From Acidobacteriota bacterium (GTDB taxonomy: Bacteria > Acidobacteriota > UBA890 > WLXD01): a stretch of 64,000 nucleotides of DNA. Every line of letters starts with the position of its first letter. The stretch's first letter is position 1. The translations under genes were made by a program, and so were the position numbers. The stretch lies in the NCBI GenBank assembly GCA_965248695.1, contig CBDFKD010000002.1, positions 5,408,001-5,472,000 on the forward strand. The letters run 5' to 3'. Of the stretch, positions 21,885-32,258 are shown one piece after another. The notes beneath the pieces are model-generated. The model made no database searches. It worked only from the letters and a program-made list of their open reading frames with translations, and was not told where the DNA came from.

Positions 21885-21980
21885 TCATAGTCAGTATTAG
21901 TTACTATTAATCAGTTATAGATTCTATAACTCTATATAAATGTCTTATAGTGTGACCAGGCTTCAGTTACATTTCACAGC
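21885..21980. other. AT-rich intergenic patch with palindromes between convergent genes
   Basis: 13 G+C in the 60 nt 21891-21950; palindrome AGTTATAGA-T-TCTATAACT at 21913-21931. Confidence 0.6.
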
Positions 21981-22097
21981 GTACTGAGTCTCAGCAAACG
22001 GGATTGGGTCTCCCTCTTGCAGCAGACCAGGAAATGCTCTGAAGGGCGTGTCGCTCGTGTTACGACCGGGGAGGTGGGACAGTCGGCGACGCGCCCT

Positions 22098-24860
22098 TCA
22101 TTTTTTTTCGCCCGGGTAGATCGCTTCTCCTTCGCTGACTAGCTCGATCACCCGCGCGCGCAGCGCTTCCATGAAGCGCTCCTGAGCCTCGCGGTCGCTG
22201 CCAGGCGGCAAGGTTATCGGCTCGCCGAAGACAACCGCCGTGTGGTGAGGCCTGAAGCCACCGTCGCGTGGCCACATCTGGTAACTCCCCCACATGCCGA
22301 CCGGAACCACGGGTACGTCGAGGTGTCGCGCCAGAATGCCGGTCCCACGCCGAAAGCGCTTTACTGTGCCGTCGTTCGACCGACCACCCTCAGGGAAGAT
22401 CCCCAGCACCATGCCGCGCCGCAGCCCTTCCGCAGCTGCCTGCATCGCCTGTTCCAGGTGCCGGTTCTGATCGATCGGAACGGTACGCAGCAGCCTGGCG
22501 ATCGATCCCAGAATCAGGCCGCCAAAATAGGCGCTGTAACCAACGAAGAAGATGCGGTGGTAAACGCGGCGCGGCAGGGCCGCCACCAGCAGGAACGGGT
22601 CCACGAAGCTCAAGTGGTTGGGCGCAAGGATGAAGGGGAAATTCTGCGGCAGGTTCTCGACACCCAGCACCTCGAACCCCCACCATGAAAGGCACCGGGC
22701 GCCGAGCTTGAAAAGGCGAAACAGCACCGCCTCCCAGACGGGGCGTGTTCGCAGGTAGGGCTCGATCTCGAGCGGGGTGTCGGCCAGCACCTGCGACCAG
22801 CGATCACCAGCAGTGACAGTGGCCGCTGTCGAACCGTCGACGTACGTACCGACCAGGTCGAGCAGGTCGCCCACGGTTTGCACTCCCGCCGCCGCCTCCT
22901 GCGGCAGACGCAGACCGAGGGCGGCTTCGATCTCCGCGTGCACCTCGACCCGGTCGAGAGATTCGAGGCCGAGGTCCAGATCGATATGCTGCGCTCTTGC
23001 CACGCCCTCCGCCCGCGCATGTCGCGACAATATGGCGCGCACCGAGTGCGCCCAAGGCGGCTCGTTCACGGCGGATTCCGATTCCACTGATGCCGCTTCG
23101 ACAGATGGTCTGACGCCGCCGCGAGCCAGGATCTCGCGCTTGAGCTCGAACCGCTTCAGCTTGCGCGTCGTGGTTCGCGGCAGCGGTGCACTGCGAATCT
23201 CCAGGCTGGAAACACGCTGCGGCGACGGCAGCTGCAGGCCGAGTCCATCAATCTCCCAGGTAACCATCTCGCGGACGTTGGCTTGTCCGCGGCTTCGGGC
23301 ATGCTCGACGTTCGGCACGACCACTGCGTGCAGGCGCTCGGCGCCACGGCGGGCGGCGTCCTCCAGCCCGAGTATGCAGATCTCGTCAATGAAATCCGAT
23401 TGCCCGTAGAAATCCTCGAGCTCCTCGGGGTAGATATTCTTGCCCGACGCAAGCACGACGATGTCCTTGGCGCGGCCGGTGACCATCAGGTGCCCGTCAG
23501 GCAGCAGGCGCCCCAGATCACCCGTCTTCAACCAGTCGCCATCGAAGACTGCTGCGGTGGCGTCGGGATTTCGGTAGTACCCGATCATCCGACTCGGTGA
23601 GCGCGCCTGAATCTCCCCCACCCCGGCCTCGTCCGGCTCATGGATCCGCAACTCCACACCGTCGACCGCTCTGCCGACCGTGTCGGGCCGCCGATCGTCC
23701 GGCGGCAAGATCGTGAGCACGGCGGTGGCCTCGGTGAGACCGTACCCCTGCAGAAGTGGGAATCCCAGATCGAGAAAATCCTCGAAGACGCGCGCGTTGC
23801 ACTTGGCGCCCCCGGTAAGAAGAATTCGCAGTCGCGGCCCGAACGGCGCGTGGGCGGCGGCAAAGAGCCGGCGACCGAGGGACACGCCCAGGCGCTTGCG
23901 GGCGAAACGGCTCACCGCCAGAAGCGCGCCGGCCAGCCGACGCCGGAGCGGCGGCAGCGCCTGGATCCGACCCATTACGCGATCGTGGAAACGATAGAAG
24001 AACAGCGGCACGCAGGCGAAGGCGGTGATGCCGAACCGCGGGAAGGCGGCGATGATGCGGTCAGGATTGAGGTCGGTCAGGAACGTCGCCTGGCCGCCGA
24101 CAAACACCGGCGCCAGACATCCGGCCATCAACGGCAAGGCGTGAAACAGGGGCAACACTCCGAGGACATGATCTTGCTCGGTCAGGCCGATGCGGCGTAG
24201 CCCGGCTTCGATGTTGCTCGCCAAGGCATGGCGCGAAAGTGCCACCCCCTTCGGCAACCCGGTGGTGCCCGAGGTGTACATGATGGTGGCAGGCTTGCTG
24301 GTTGCCGGTCGGGGCGCCCACTCGCCAGGCGGATCCTGAGCGGCGACGAAATCGTCCCAGGAATCGCCGCAATCCGGTCCGTCAGCAGGAGGGAGCGGAC
24401 TGGTATCGCTCTCGTTCTCACCGTCCCAGCGTCGGTCGCCACACGCATCAACGTCGAGTCGACGGGGTGGGGTCTCCAACCCAGTGCAGGCTTCGACGAT
24501 CTTGGGCCCCAGCGCGTGCGAGGTCAGCACCAGGCGCGCGCCCGAATGCTCCAACACCCGACGGATCGCCGCCGGTTCCAGCGCCGGGTCAATCGGTACG
24601 ATGGTCGAGCTCGCATACCAGGTAGACAAGTAGCCGACGGGCCATGCCGGCCGATTCTCCATGCACAGCGCTATACGCTCGCCGTCGCCCAGGCCCGCCG
24701 CTACCAGAGCGGCCCCGAGCCGTTGCACGCGCTCCGCGAGCGGTCCGTACGCGAGCACCACCGAGCCGCGCTCGCCGGCAAGGCGAAATGCCGGCCGCCT
24801 CGAGTCCGCCGTAGAATGCTTACGGAGCAACTCGATGAAGTCACGGTGGGCTTCTGTCAT
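22098..24860 (-). CDS. Long-chain acyl-CoA ligase fused to ACP and a PlsC acyltransferase (Aas-like)
   Basis: YTSGTTGLPKG, QGYGLTE, KTGDLG, SGKNIYPEE; ACP LGLESLDRVE; NHLSFVD and FPEG. Confidence 0.9.
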   Translation of the reverse strand: MTEAHRDFIELLRKHSTADSRRPAFRLAGERGSVVLAYGPLAERVQRLGAALVAAGLGDGERIALCMENRPAWPVGYLSTWYASSTIVPIDPALEPAAIRRVLEHSGARLVLTSHALGPKIVEACTGLETPPRRLDVDACGDRRWDGENESDTSPLPPADGPDCGDSWDDFVAAQDPPGEWAPRPATSKPATIMYTSGTTGLPKGVALSRHALASNIEAGLRRIGLTEQDHVLGVLPLFHALPLMAGCLAPVFVGGQATFLTDLNPDRIIAAFPRFGITAFACVPLFFYRFHDRVMGRIQALPPLRRRLAGALLAVSRFARKRLGVSLGRRLFAAAHAPFGPRLRILLTGGAKCNARVFEDFLDLGFPLLQGYGLTEATAVLTILPPDDRRPDTVGRAVDGVELRIHEPDEAGVGEIQARSPSRMIGYYRNPDATAAVFDGDWLKTGDLGRLLPDGHLMVTGRAKDIVVLASGKNIYPEELEDFYGQSDFIDEICILGLEDAARRGAERLHAVVVPNVEHARSRGQANVREMVTWEIDGLGLQLPSPQRVSSLEIRSAPLPRTTTRKLKRFELKREILARGGVRPSVEAASVESESAVNEPPWAHSVRAILSRHARAEGVARAQHIDLDLGLESLDRVEVHAEIEAALGLRLPQEAAAGVQTVGDLLDLVGTYVDGSTAATVTAGDRWSQVLADTPLEIEPYLRTRPVWEAVLFRLFKLGARCLSWWGFEVLGVENLPQNFPFILAPNHLSFVDPFLLVAALPRRVYHRIFFVGYSAYFGGLILGSIARLLRTVPIDQNRHLEQAMQAAAEGLRRGMVLGIFPEGGRSNDGTVKRFRRGTGILARHLDVPVVPVGMWGSYQMWPRDGGFRPHHTAVVFGEPITLPPGSDREAQERFMEALRARVIELVSEGEAIYPGEKK

Positions 24861-24899
24861 CGTGGCGCAGTATAGACGGCGGCCAAGCTGGACGAGCCA

Positions 24900-25274
24900 A
24901 TGCCCGGGAAGATCTCACTGGCAAGATTCGAAGCGATTGTCGAGGAGGCTCTCGACGGTCTGCCGGCCGACTGGACGGCCCGCCTCGACAACGTCGCGAT
25001 CGTGATCGAGGACGAGCCCGATGCGGATCTCCTGGCCGAGCTCGGACTCGATCCCAACAGCCAGGACAGCGACTTGCTGGGCTTGTATCAGGGGACGCCG
25101 CAGAACATGCGCGAGCTCGGCGGCTGGGACCTACCTGACCGGATCGTGATCTACCGAGGCCCGACGCTGCGCGAAGCACGCCACCGCAGCGAGATCGCGC
25201 AGGTCGTGCGCGAGACCTTGCTGCACGAGATCGGTCACCACTTCGGGCTCGAGGAGGACGATCTGCCGTTCTGA
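24900..25274 (+). CDS. Minimal zincin metallopeptidase (Zincin_1)
   Basis: LLGLYQG, LPDRIVIYR, HEIGHHFG. Confidence 0.88.
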   Translation: MPGKISLARFEAIVEEALDGLPADWTARLDNVAIVIEDEPDADLLAELGLDPNSQDSDLLGLYQGTPQNMRELGGWDLPDRIVIYRGPTLREARHRSEIAQVVRETLLHEIGHHFGLEEDDLPF

Positions 25275-25286
25275 GCCCCCCCCGGT

Positions 25287-27044
25287 TCAGCGGGGGCGCG
25301 ACGGCCCGGCTGGCGCCTCGACCGGAATCTGCGGCACCGGGGCAGCGCGCGAACGCATCTGCGGGCCACCGGTGCCGGCGTCGTCGATCTCGATGCCGAG
25401 TTGCTCCAGCAAAGTGCCCTTGTTGAACTCCAGGTTCGCCAGCGCGATGTTGAGCCCGATCAGCGATAGGAGCTGTCGCTGGCGCGCCAGGGTCAGCTGG
25501 CGCTGAAAGTTCAACACCTGGAACGTCGAGCTGATCCCTGCCTCGAAACGCCGCAGCTCGGCCTCGTACTGGCGCTCAGCCAGCCCCAGCGCGTTCTGCG
25601 CCGCGCTCACAGCCTGCACACCGCCGGTGACGTTACGGGCCGCCTGCTGCACAGCCAGGCGAATCTGAACCTGACGATCTTGCAGCTGGGTCAGCGCCTG
25701 CCTTTCTCGGATGGACGCTTGTGCATGCTGGGCCCGCGCAGCGTCGTTGCGTACCGGAAACGAGACCTGAAGTCCCACCGACCAGTTGCGAAAGTCTCCT
25801 GACATCAGTTGCTTGAGAGAGTCCGACAGCCCGCCCTCCTGCACCTCCGCAACACCGGTGCTGCCGAAGATGCCTCCGGACCTAAAGATCTGATCACCAC
25901 CGAGGCCGTTGACGGTGGCGTTGGCGACGAGGTCGAGCTGCGGAAGAACACCGTTGCGCGCCGCCCGGAGATCGATCTTCCGGCTCGCCAGGTTGACCTG
26001 GTCCAGTCCGATCAGCGGGCTCTTCTGCAGTGCCTCCGCCACCGCCATCTCCATGTTGATGTTGGGCGCCTCGACCGCAGGCTCGTCCGTCGGAATGATC
26101 TCGACGGTCCATCCTTCGGCCACGACAGAGTCGAGGTTGAGGATGGCCTTGAGCTGGTCCTGCTGGTTCTGCAGGCCGATCTGCGACTGGATCAGCGTGA
26201 GCTCGGCGTCGGCCGCCTGCTGCTCGGTCTGGATTACGTCGACCGCCGCCAACGTACCGATGCGCACCATCGTGTTGTTTCGGGCGAGCTGCTCGCGCGC
26301 CAGATCGAGGCTCTGTTCGGCAATATCGACGTTGCGGTATGCCGATACCAGGTTCCAGTAGGCGAAAATCACCTGCGCGAGCTGCAGCTGCAGCTGCTGA
26401 CCGAACTGGTGACGGCTAACGGTGAAGTCGTTCTGTGCCACAAGCAGCTGTTGCCGGTTCGCCGTGCGGCCGAAGTTACGCAACAGGGGCTGTCGGACGG
26501 CCAGCGTCAAGCTAGTGGTGTATTGCGGGTTGAAGGTCGAGAACTCGTTGTTGGTTACCAGCCGCGAGGCGTTGCCCGAGAACGACCAGCCGAGCCCAAA
26601 CGCAGTGTTGGACGAAACGTTGAATCCGGCGACGATGGATTCCCGCGTCAGGACATCAGCACCACCGAGAATCGAGGCGGTGGGCTGTGTCGAACGGTTG
26701 AACTGCTGCGGCAAGTTGAAAACGAAGACCGGATCGAACCTCGATCTGGCGAAACGGATCTGCTCCTCCGTCAGGTCCGGGTTCAGCGAGGAGAACCGCA
26801 CCTGAAGGTTGTGACGCAGCGCCAAATCAACGACCTGGCGGAGAGACAGCTCCAACACCTGGACGGTTTCTTGCGACGGTGCGGTCTCATGCACGCCGTT
26901 CGTTGTCGCACGGGGCGCCATTTCAACCGCGAGCACAGCCTCCTGCTGCGTTGACTGAGGGGCGGCGACACTCACCGCCGGCACCAGAAGGAATAGCGAG
27001 CCCAGCATCGTCGCTACGTGGCGATTCGGCGTCTTGGACATCAT
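25287..27044 (-). CDS. TolC-family outer membrane efflux protein
   Basis: Signal peptide; ALRHN, QPLLRNFG, AYWNL, LPQLDL, FEAGISS OEP repeats. Confidence 0.88.
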   Translation of the reverse strand: MMSKTPNRHVATMLGSLFLLVPAVSVAAPQSTQQEAVLAVEMAPRATTNGVHETAPSQETVQVLELSLRQVVDLALRHNLQVRFSSLNPDLTEEQIRFARSRFDPVFVFNLPQQFNRSTQPTASILGGADVLTRESIVAGFNVSSNTAFGLGWSFSGNASRLVTNNEFSTFNPQYTTSLTLAVRQPLLRNFGRTANRQQLLVAQNDFTVSRHQFGQQLQLQLAQVIFAYWNLVSAYRNVDIAEQSLDLAREQLARNNTMVRIGTLAAVDVIQTEQQAADAELTLIQSQIGLQNQQDQLKAILNLDSVVAEGWTVEIIPTDEPAVEAPNINMEMAVAEALQKSPLIGLDQVNLASRKIDLRAARNGVLPQLDLVANATVNGLGGDQIFRSGGIFGSTGVAEVQEGGLSDSLKQLMSGDFRNWSVGLQVSFPVRNDAARAQHAQASIRERQALTQLQDRQVQIRLAVQQAARNVTGGVQAVSAAQNALGLAERQYEAELRRFEAGISSTFQVLNFQRQLTLARQRQLLSLIGLNIALANLEFNKGTLLEQLGIEIDDAGTGGPQMRSRAAPVPQIPVEAPAGPSRPR

Positions 27045-27243
27045 CGGCTCCAGCGAGAGATCGTTCGGTTCGCCCGATGGCGGACGTAGCCGTGTAACCC
27101 TAGAGGAGCAAGCGCTGTGCCAGCTTGCCGTGCTCTGAGGTTCCTGCCGGCCCGTGATAGCGCATCGAAAAGCACCAGCCGTTGCTCAGGTGTTCGATTA
27201 TGGGACGGGGCGTGCCGGAAAAGCGACGCCCTGCCGTGGCGCG

Positions 27244-28179
27244 TCAACGTCCGCCACACTCCATGAGCTCCGCATCTACCCCCACCCGCAGCCCGCCGTC
27301 CACGGTGCCCGTGCCGCGGGCCATGCGGGGCGTATTGAAGATCGCTGCGGCGCGCCCGGCGTGGTCGACAACAACAAGGCCACCGCGACCGTCGACGCGC
27401 TCCAGATCAGCCAACGCGGCGCGGCCTGCATCGGCAGCATCGTGCCCGGCCGCCATGCAGGCAACAGCCGTCTTGGCCATTACCACGCGCAGGATACCCT
27501 CGCCCCAACCCGTGGACGATGCCCCACCATGGCGCGAATCAGCGTAGGTCCCGGCACCGATGAGGGGTGAGTCCCCTACCCGGCCCGGATACTTGTCCAA
27601 GGTGCCGCCGGTTGATGTCGCCGCCGCGATCAGGCCATCTCGGTCTCGACAGACCGCACCCACGGTACCCATGTGGTCGTCGGCGCCGGGAGCGAACTCC
27701 TCGTCGATCAGGGTCGTCTCGCCGGCACGAACACGCAGATACCGTTCTCGCGCTCGCCCGACCAGCAAGTCGCGAGCGCGGCACAACGAGACGCCGTGTT
27801 CGGCGGCGAAGCGCCGCGCGCCTTTTCCCACCAGCAACACGTGTGGTGACGCATCCATGACTCGACGTGCCAGCGTCACCGGGTTGCGCACCCCTTCCAC
27901 CGCGGCGACCGCCCCGGCGTCGAGGTCATCGCCCTCCATGATCGAAGCATCGAGCTCCACTCGGCCGAGTCGGTTCAGGTGCGATCCCTTGCCGGCATTG
28001 AACGCCGGATCGTTCTCGAGCATGCGTACGACGTATTCGATGACATCGACCGATCCGGTGCCTTCGCCGAGCATCTTCCAGCCGACGCGCAGCGCCGCGG
28101 ACACACCATCGAGATGCTGCTGGACCTCGCCGTCTGGCACGTTCCAGGCGCCTCCGTGGACTGCGAGAGCGACGGTCAA
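27244..28179 (-). CDS. iaaA: Isoaspartyl peptidase/L-asparaginase (Ntn hydrolase)
   Basis: HGGA, FNAGKG, ELDASIM, GTVGAV, ATSTGG, GRVGDSP. Confidence 0.88.
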   Translation of the reverse strand: MTVALAVHGGAWNVPDGEVQQHLDGVSAALRVGWKMLGEGTGSVDVIEYVVRMLENDPAFNAGKGSHLNRLGRVELDASIMEGDDLDAGAVAAVEGVRNPVTLARRVMDASPHVLLVGKGARRFAAEHGVSLCRARDLLVGRARERYLRVRAGETTLIDEEFAPGADDHMGTVGAVCRDRDGLIAAATSTGGTLDKYPGRVGDSPLIGAGTYADSRHGGASSTGWGEGILRVVMAKTAVACMAAGHDAADAGRAALADLERVDGRGGLVVVDHAGRAAAIFNTPRMARGTGTVDGGLRVGVDAELMECGGR

Positions 28180-28340
28180 GCTGGTGTCCTGTTGCAGAGG
28201 AGTACGTCGTACGCTTCGGGCCACGGCTCGTCGCGCTTGCGGCGACCGGACGGCCACTCGCAAACTGTGGCAGCGGCTGATGCCGGTGGCAAGCGCGCAC
28301 CTGCCGCGGACAGGCCTTTCAAGGACGGAGATTGGAGCGC

Positions 28341-28817
28341 ATGAGGATCGTCGAACGCATCGCCTGCATCGAGCAACGCTTACACCAAGCGGAACGGCGA
28401 GAACGGCGGTGGCGCCTCGGGTCCGCTGCCATCGTCATCGCTGCCACGGTGATCGTCGCCGGGGGGCAAGCAACGCGAACCCGTGTCGTCGAGGCGCAGA
28501 CGTTCGTCGTCCGCGACGCCAAGGGGCTCGCCCGAGCGCAGCTCGGCATTACCGACGACGAGCCCGGGCTTTCGTTGTTCGACAGCGACGGGCGTCTGCG
28601 CGTTGCCGTCGCTGTCACGGCCGATGGGCCGATCCTTAGCTTCTTCAACGGAGACGGCAATCCGCGCGCGGAAGTCGGTGGGCGCGGCGATACCGCGTTC
28701 ATGATCCTCCGCGATTCCGAGGGAGCGCCGAGGGCGGCGATGGCAATCCAAGCCGATGGCTCCCCGAGCCTGTACCTGCTCGACGAAAAAATGACCCCCT
28801 TATGGAAGAGACCGTGA
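28341..28817 (+). CDS. Membrane-anchored hypothetical protein with short beta-hairpin repeats
   Basis: Coiled-coil-like N-terminus, one TM, then about four LxxxDxxGxxR repeats. Confidence 0.65.
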   Translation: MRIVERIACIEQRLHQAERRERRWRLGSAAIVIAATVIVAGGQATRTRVVEAQTFVVRDAKGLARAQLGITDDEPGLSLFDSDGRLRVAVAVTADGPILSFFNGDGNPRAEVGGRGDTAFMILRDSEGAPRAAMAIQADGSPSLYLLDEKMTPLWKRP

Positions 28818-28848
28818 GCCTCGTGGGAGCTGACGTGTCGTCGGGGAT

Positions 28849-30333
28849 CTACAGATAGGGAATGAACAGCGCCGCGATCGCATCGCGGATACGGATCCAC
28901 AGCCGCCGCTGATCGAGCTCTTCGAAGCTCACCTGGCGCGACGTTTCGATCAGGCCGCTCGCGTACGCCGCGAGGGTCCCGGCCAGGGCGCGATCGTAGA
29001 CCTCGAGCGAGAGCTCGAAGTTGAGGCGCAGCGAGCGTGGGTCGATGTTGGCGGAGCCGATCTGAACGTACTCGTCGTCCACCAGCAGCACTTTGGAGTG
29101 CGCGAACGGGGCCGGCTGGTAGAAGACACTCACCCCCCAGTGCGATAGCTCCGAGAGAATGTTCCGCGACGCCCAGTGAACGTACGGCAGGTTGTTCTTC
29201 GCCGGCAGGATCACGCTGACCTCGATGCCTCGAAGAGCGGCTGCCTTGAGCGCCGCGATCAGCTCGCGCGGCGGCAGGAAGTATGGCGTCATGATCCACA
29301 CACGCCGACGAGCGGCGCCAACTGCACCGATGATGATTGCCGCCAAGCGGTCGAAATCCTCGTTCGGTCCGTCGACCACGACGCGCGCCATCGCCGGGCC
29401 GCGCGGATCCTCCTCGTGGTTCGACGACGGCTTCAGGTCCTCGCGGGTGGTGAACTCCCAATCGTCAAGGAAGACACGCTCGACCTGCCGGACGGCCGGC
29501 CCACGGATCTCGAAGTGGATGTCGGTGACTCGACGCGAGTCGCCTCCGCCGACCAGATGCCGGTCGCCGATGTTCATGCCGCCGGTGAACGCCCGCCGTC
29601 CATCCACCACGAGGATCTTGCGATGGTTCCTGAGGTTGATCGCCAGCTGCGGAGGCAGCAGGCGTGGAGGCAGGAAGCGGGCGTGACGCACTCCCGCCCG
29701 CGCCAGCACCTTGGAGATGCGGGGCCAGCCGTATAGCTCGCCCACACCGTCGACCAGAACCCGCACGGCCACTCCCCGAGAGGCCGCCGCGGCCAGCGCA
29801 TCAACGAATCTGCGCCCCGTAGCGTCGGGCTCGAAGATATAGGTCGCCAGATAGACGCTGTGCTGCGCCGCCTGGATCGCGTCGATCATCGGCGGATAGG
29901 CGCCCTCTCCGTTGTGCAAGACGGTAACCGCGTTGCCCTTCGTCAGCCGGCGACGCGTAACGATTCGCCCGAGGCGTATGAGATCACCGAGTGGCCCGTC
30001 GGGCGGCGCAGACAGCTCGTCGGCGATCACGGTATCGGCGCCGGCCATGCCCGGCGGAGCTCCCACCCCCGACCGATGCTTGATCTCTTCGGGCGTGTCG
30101 GCGTGCAATCGCTTGGCCCGCGTGCGGATGCGATTGATTCCGAATACGTAGTAGAGCGCCGGCCCGACGATCGGGAACATCACAGACACGGCAATCCAGC
30201 CGAGGGCCGACCTTGGATCACGCTTGAACAGCAGCGCGTGGAGCGTCGCGCTCGCTGCCGCGGCGAATCCCACCGCGGCGCCCAGCACACCGCCAGCGCC
30301 CCGAAGCAGTTCCTGCAAGTCGCCCGCACCCAC
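28849..30333 (-). CDS. cls: Cardiolipin synthase (PLD family)
   Basis: PLDc_N TM region; two HKD motifs (RNHRKILVVD, HSKVLLVD); GSANID..S..LNFE. Confidence 0.9.
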   Translation of the reverse strand: MGAGDLQELLRGAGGVLGAAVGFAAAASATLHALLFKRDPRSALGWIAVSVMFPIVGPALYYVFGINRIRTRAKRLHADTPEEIKHRSGVGAPPGMAGADTVIADELSAPPDGPLGDLIRLGRIVTRRRLTKGNAVTVLHNGEGAYPPMIDAIQAAQHSVYLATYIFEPDATGRRFVDALAAAASRGVAVRVLVDGVGELYGWPRISKVLARAGVRHARFLPPRLLPPQLAINLRNHRKILVVDGRRAFTGGMNIGDRHLVGGGDSRRVTDIHFEIRGPAVRQVERVFLDDWEFTTREDLKPSSNHEEDPRGPAMARVVVDGPNEDFDRLAAIIIGAVGAARRRVWIMTPYFLPPRELIAALKAAALRGIEVSVILPAKNNLPYVHWASRNILSELSHWGVSVFYQPAPFAHSKVLLVDDEYVQIGSANIDPRSLRLNFELSLEVYDRALAGTLAAYASGLIETSRQVSFEELDQRRLWIRIRDAIAALFIPYL

Positions 30334-30376
30334 GGCCCGGCTCCCAGCGACTATGGAACGTCGCTCTCAGGACTAC

Positions 30377-32047
30377 TCAGAACAGACCCTCGACGCCACC
30401 CTCGGGCGTAACGCGCATTCGATTGGCAGCCGGCACCCTGGGCAGTCCGGGCATGGTCATGACGTTGCCGAGATGGGCGACGACGAACCCGGCGCCCGCC
30501 GACGGCGTTACGTTCTGGACGCTCACCGTGAATCCCGTTGGTCGGCCCAGACGGCTCGCGTCATCGGTCAACGAGGCGGGCGTCTTGGCCATACATACCG
30601 GGGTGTCTCCGAGGTCGTTTGCTTCCAGGAAGGCGATCGACTTGCGCGCCTGTGAGCTGAACTCGACGCGCTCGGCACCGTAGACGCTGGTCGCGATCGT
30701 CTCGATCTTGTCGGCAATCGGCAGATCTGTCTCGTAGGCATGCCTGAAGTCCGCCTCGTCGGCGTCGAGCGCGGCCACCAACTTGTGCGCGAACGCCTCA
30801 CCGCCCTCACCACCGTGCGCGTGGATCTCGAGAGTGTCGGCGCGCACTACCTTCGCGGCGCAGTGCTCGAGCACGGCGTTGACTTCGGCATCCGTATCGG
30901 TGGCGAAGCGATTGATTGCAACCAGCGGCGGCAGACCGTGCAGGCGGACGTTGGCAATGTGCGCGTCGAGGTTGGCGGTCCCTGCCTCGACCGCGGCAAC
31001 ATCCTCGCTCGTGAGGCTCTTCGACTCCGCACCGCCATGGAGCTTCAGCGCCCGAATCGTGGTGACAAGCACAGCCGCCTGTGGGCTTATGCCTCCGAGA
31101 CGGCACTTGATATTGCAAAACTTCTCGAACCCCAGGTCGGAACCGAAACCTCCCTCGGTAATCACTACGTCCGCCAGCGACATCGCCGCCCGCGTTGCGA
31201 CCAGCGTATTGCAGCCATGCGCGATGTTCGCGAACGGGCCACCGTGCACGAACGCCGGCCCTCCTTCGATCGTCTGTACGAGGTTCGGCCGGATGGCATC
31301 CCGGAGCAACATGGTCATCGCTCCGGTGACCTCGAGGTCGCGCGCCAGTACCGGACGCCCCTCGTAGTCGGCGCCAACAATGATGCGCCCGAGACGCACC
31401 TCGAGATCGTCGATGTTCGTCGCCAGACATAACGTCGCCATGACTTCGCTCGCCGCGGTAATCACGAAGCCGTCTTCCCGGGGAACACCGCTCATGGGAC
31501 CACCGAGACCGATCACGAGCCGCCGCAACGCCCGATCGTTCATGTCAACGCAACGTCGCCAGGTGATGCGCCGGGGATCAATGCCGAGCTTGTTGCCTTG
31601 ATGCATGTGGTTGTCGATCGCCGCCGCCAGCAGACCGTTGGCCGACGTTATGGCGTGCAAGTCACCGGTGAAGTGGAGGTTGATGTCCTCCATCGGCAAC
31701 ACCTGCGAATACCCGCCACCGGCGGCGCCACCCTTGATACCGAAAATCGGCCCCAGGCTCGGCTCACGGATCGCTGCGGCCACATTCTGACCTATTCGCC
31801 GAAGCGCCTGCGAAAGGCCCACGCTTACCGTGGTCTTACCCTCCCCCGCACGGGTCGGGGTCGTCGCGGTGACGATCACCAGCTTGGCTTTCGGCTGCAG
31901 GCGCTCGAGCGTCGGGCGCCGGAGCTTCGCCTTGTCAGATCCGTACAGATCGAGGTCATCGGACGACAGCCCGAGCTCAGCCGCCACGTCGGTGATGGGT
32001 CGCAGCGTGGCGGCGCTGGCGATCTCGAAATCGGCGGGGACACTCAT
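30377..32047 (-). CDS. fhs: Formate--tetrahydrofolate ligase
   Basis: GEGKTT, REPSLGP, KGGAAGGGYSQV, NLHFTGD, HGGPFANIAHG, CMAKT, TMPGLP. Confidence 0.97.
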   Translation of the reverse strand: MSVPADFEIASAATLRPITDVAAELGLSSDDLDLYGSDKAKLRRPTLERLQPKAKLVIVTATTPTRAGEGKTTVSVGLSQALRRIGQNVAAAIREPSLGPIFGIKGGAAGGGYSQVLPMEDINLHFTGDLHAITSANGLLAAAIDNHMHQGNKLGIDPRRITWRRCVDMNDRALRRLVIGLGGPMSGVPREDGFVITAASEVMATLCLATNIDDLEVRLGRIIVGADYEGRPVLARDLEVTGAMTMLLRDAIRPNLVQTIEGGPAFVHGGPFANIAHGCNTLVATRAAMSLADVVITEGGFGSDLGFEKFCNIKCRLGGISPQAAVLVTTIRALKLHGGAESKSLTSEDVAAVEAGTANLDAHIANVRLHGLPPLVAINRFATDTDAEVNAVLEHCAAKVVRADTLEIHAHGGEGGEAFAHKLVAALDADEADFRHAYETDLPIADKIETIATSVYGAERVEFSSQARKSIAFLEANDLGDTPVCMAKTPASLTDDASRLGRPTGFTVSVQNVTPSAGAGFVVAHLGNVMTMPGLPRVPAANRMRVTPEGGVEGLF

Positions 32048-32258
32048 AGGCTCTGGGTCCTGTCGGGTTCGCGTTTCGTAGGTCGGTGAGCGGGAGCCGG
32101 TCTATTCTAGGGAAGCCGCCAGCGTGGCGCACACCACCGCGTCGGGACCGAGCCAAGCTGGTGGCCCGGAGCTCCGCTGCCCGGATTGTCTGGGGCGATC
32201 GTCAGACTGCTAAACTGCCTCGCAAACGAGGATCCTGACCCGCTCTTCGGTTGGCTCC

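Noticed and set aside
21925-21955. Possible dif (XerCD) site in the AT-rich patch
   Set aside because: The ATAA/TTAT spacing is 5 nt rather than 6, and there is no TTATGTTAAAT-like arm.
32048-32258. ZTP or THF riboswitch before fhs
   Set aside because: Only a weak CCGGGCA resemblance; the GACTGGCG core is absent.
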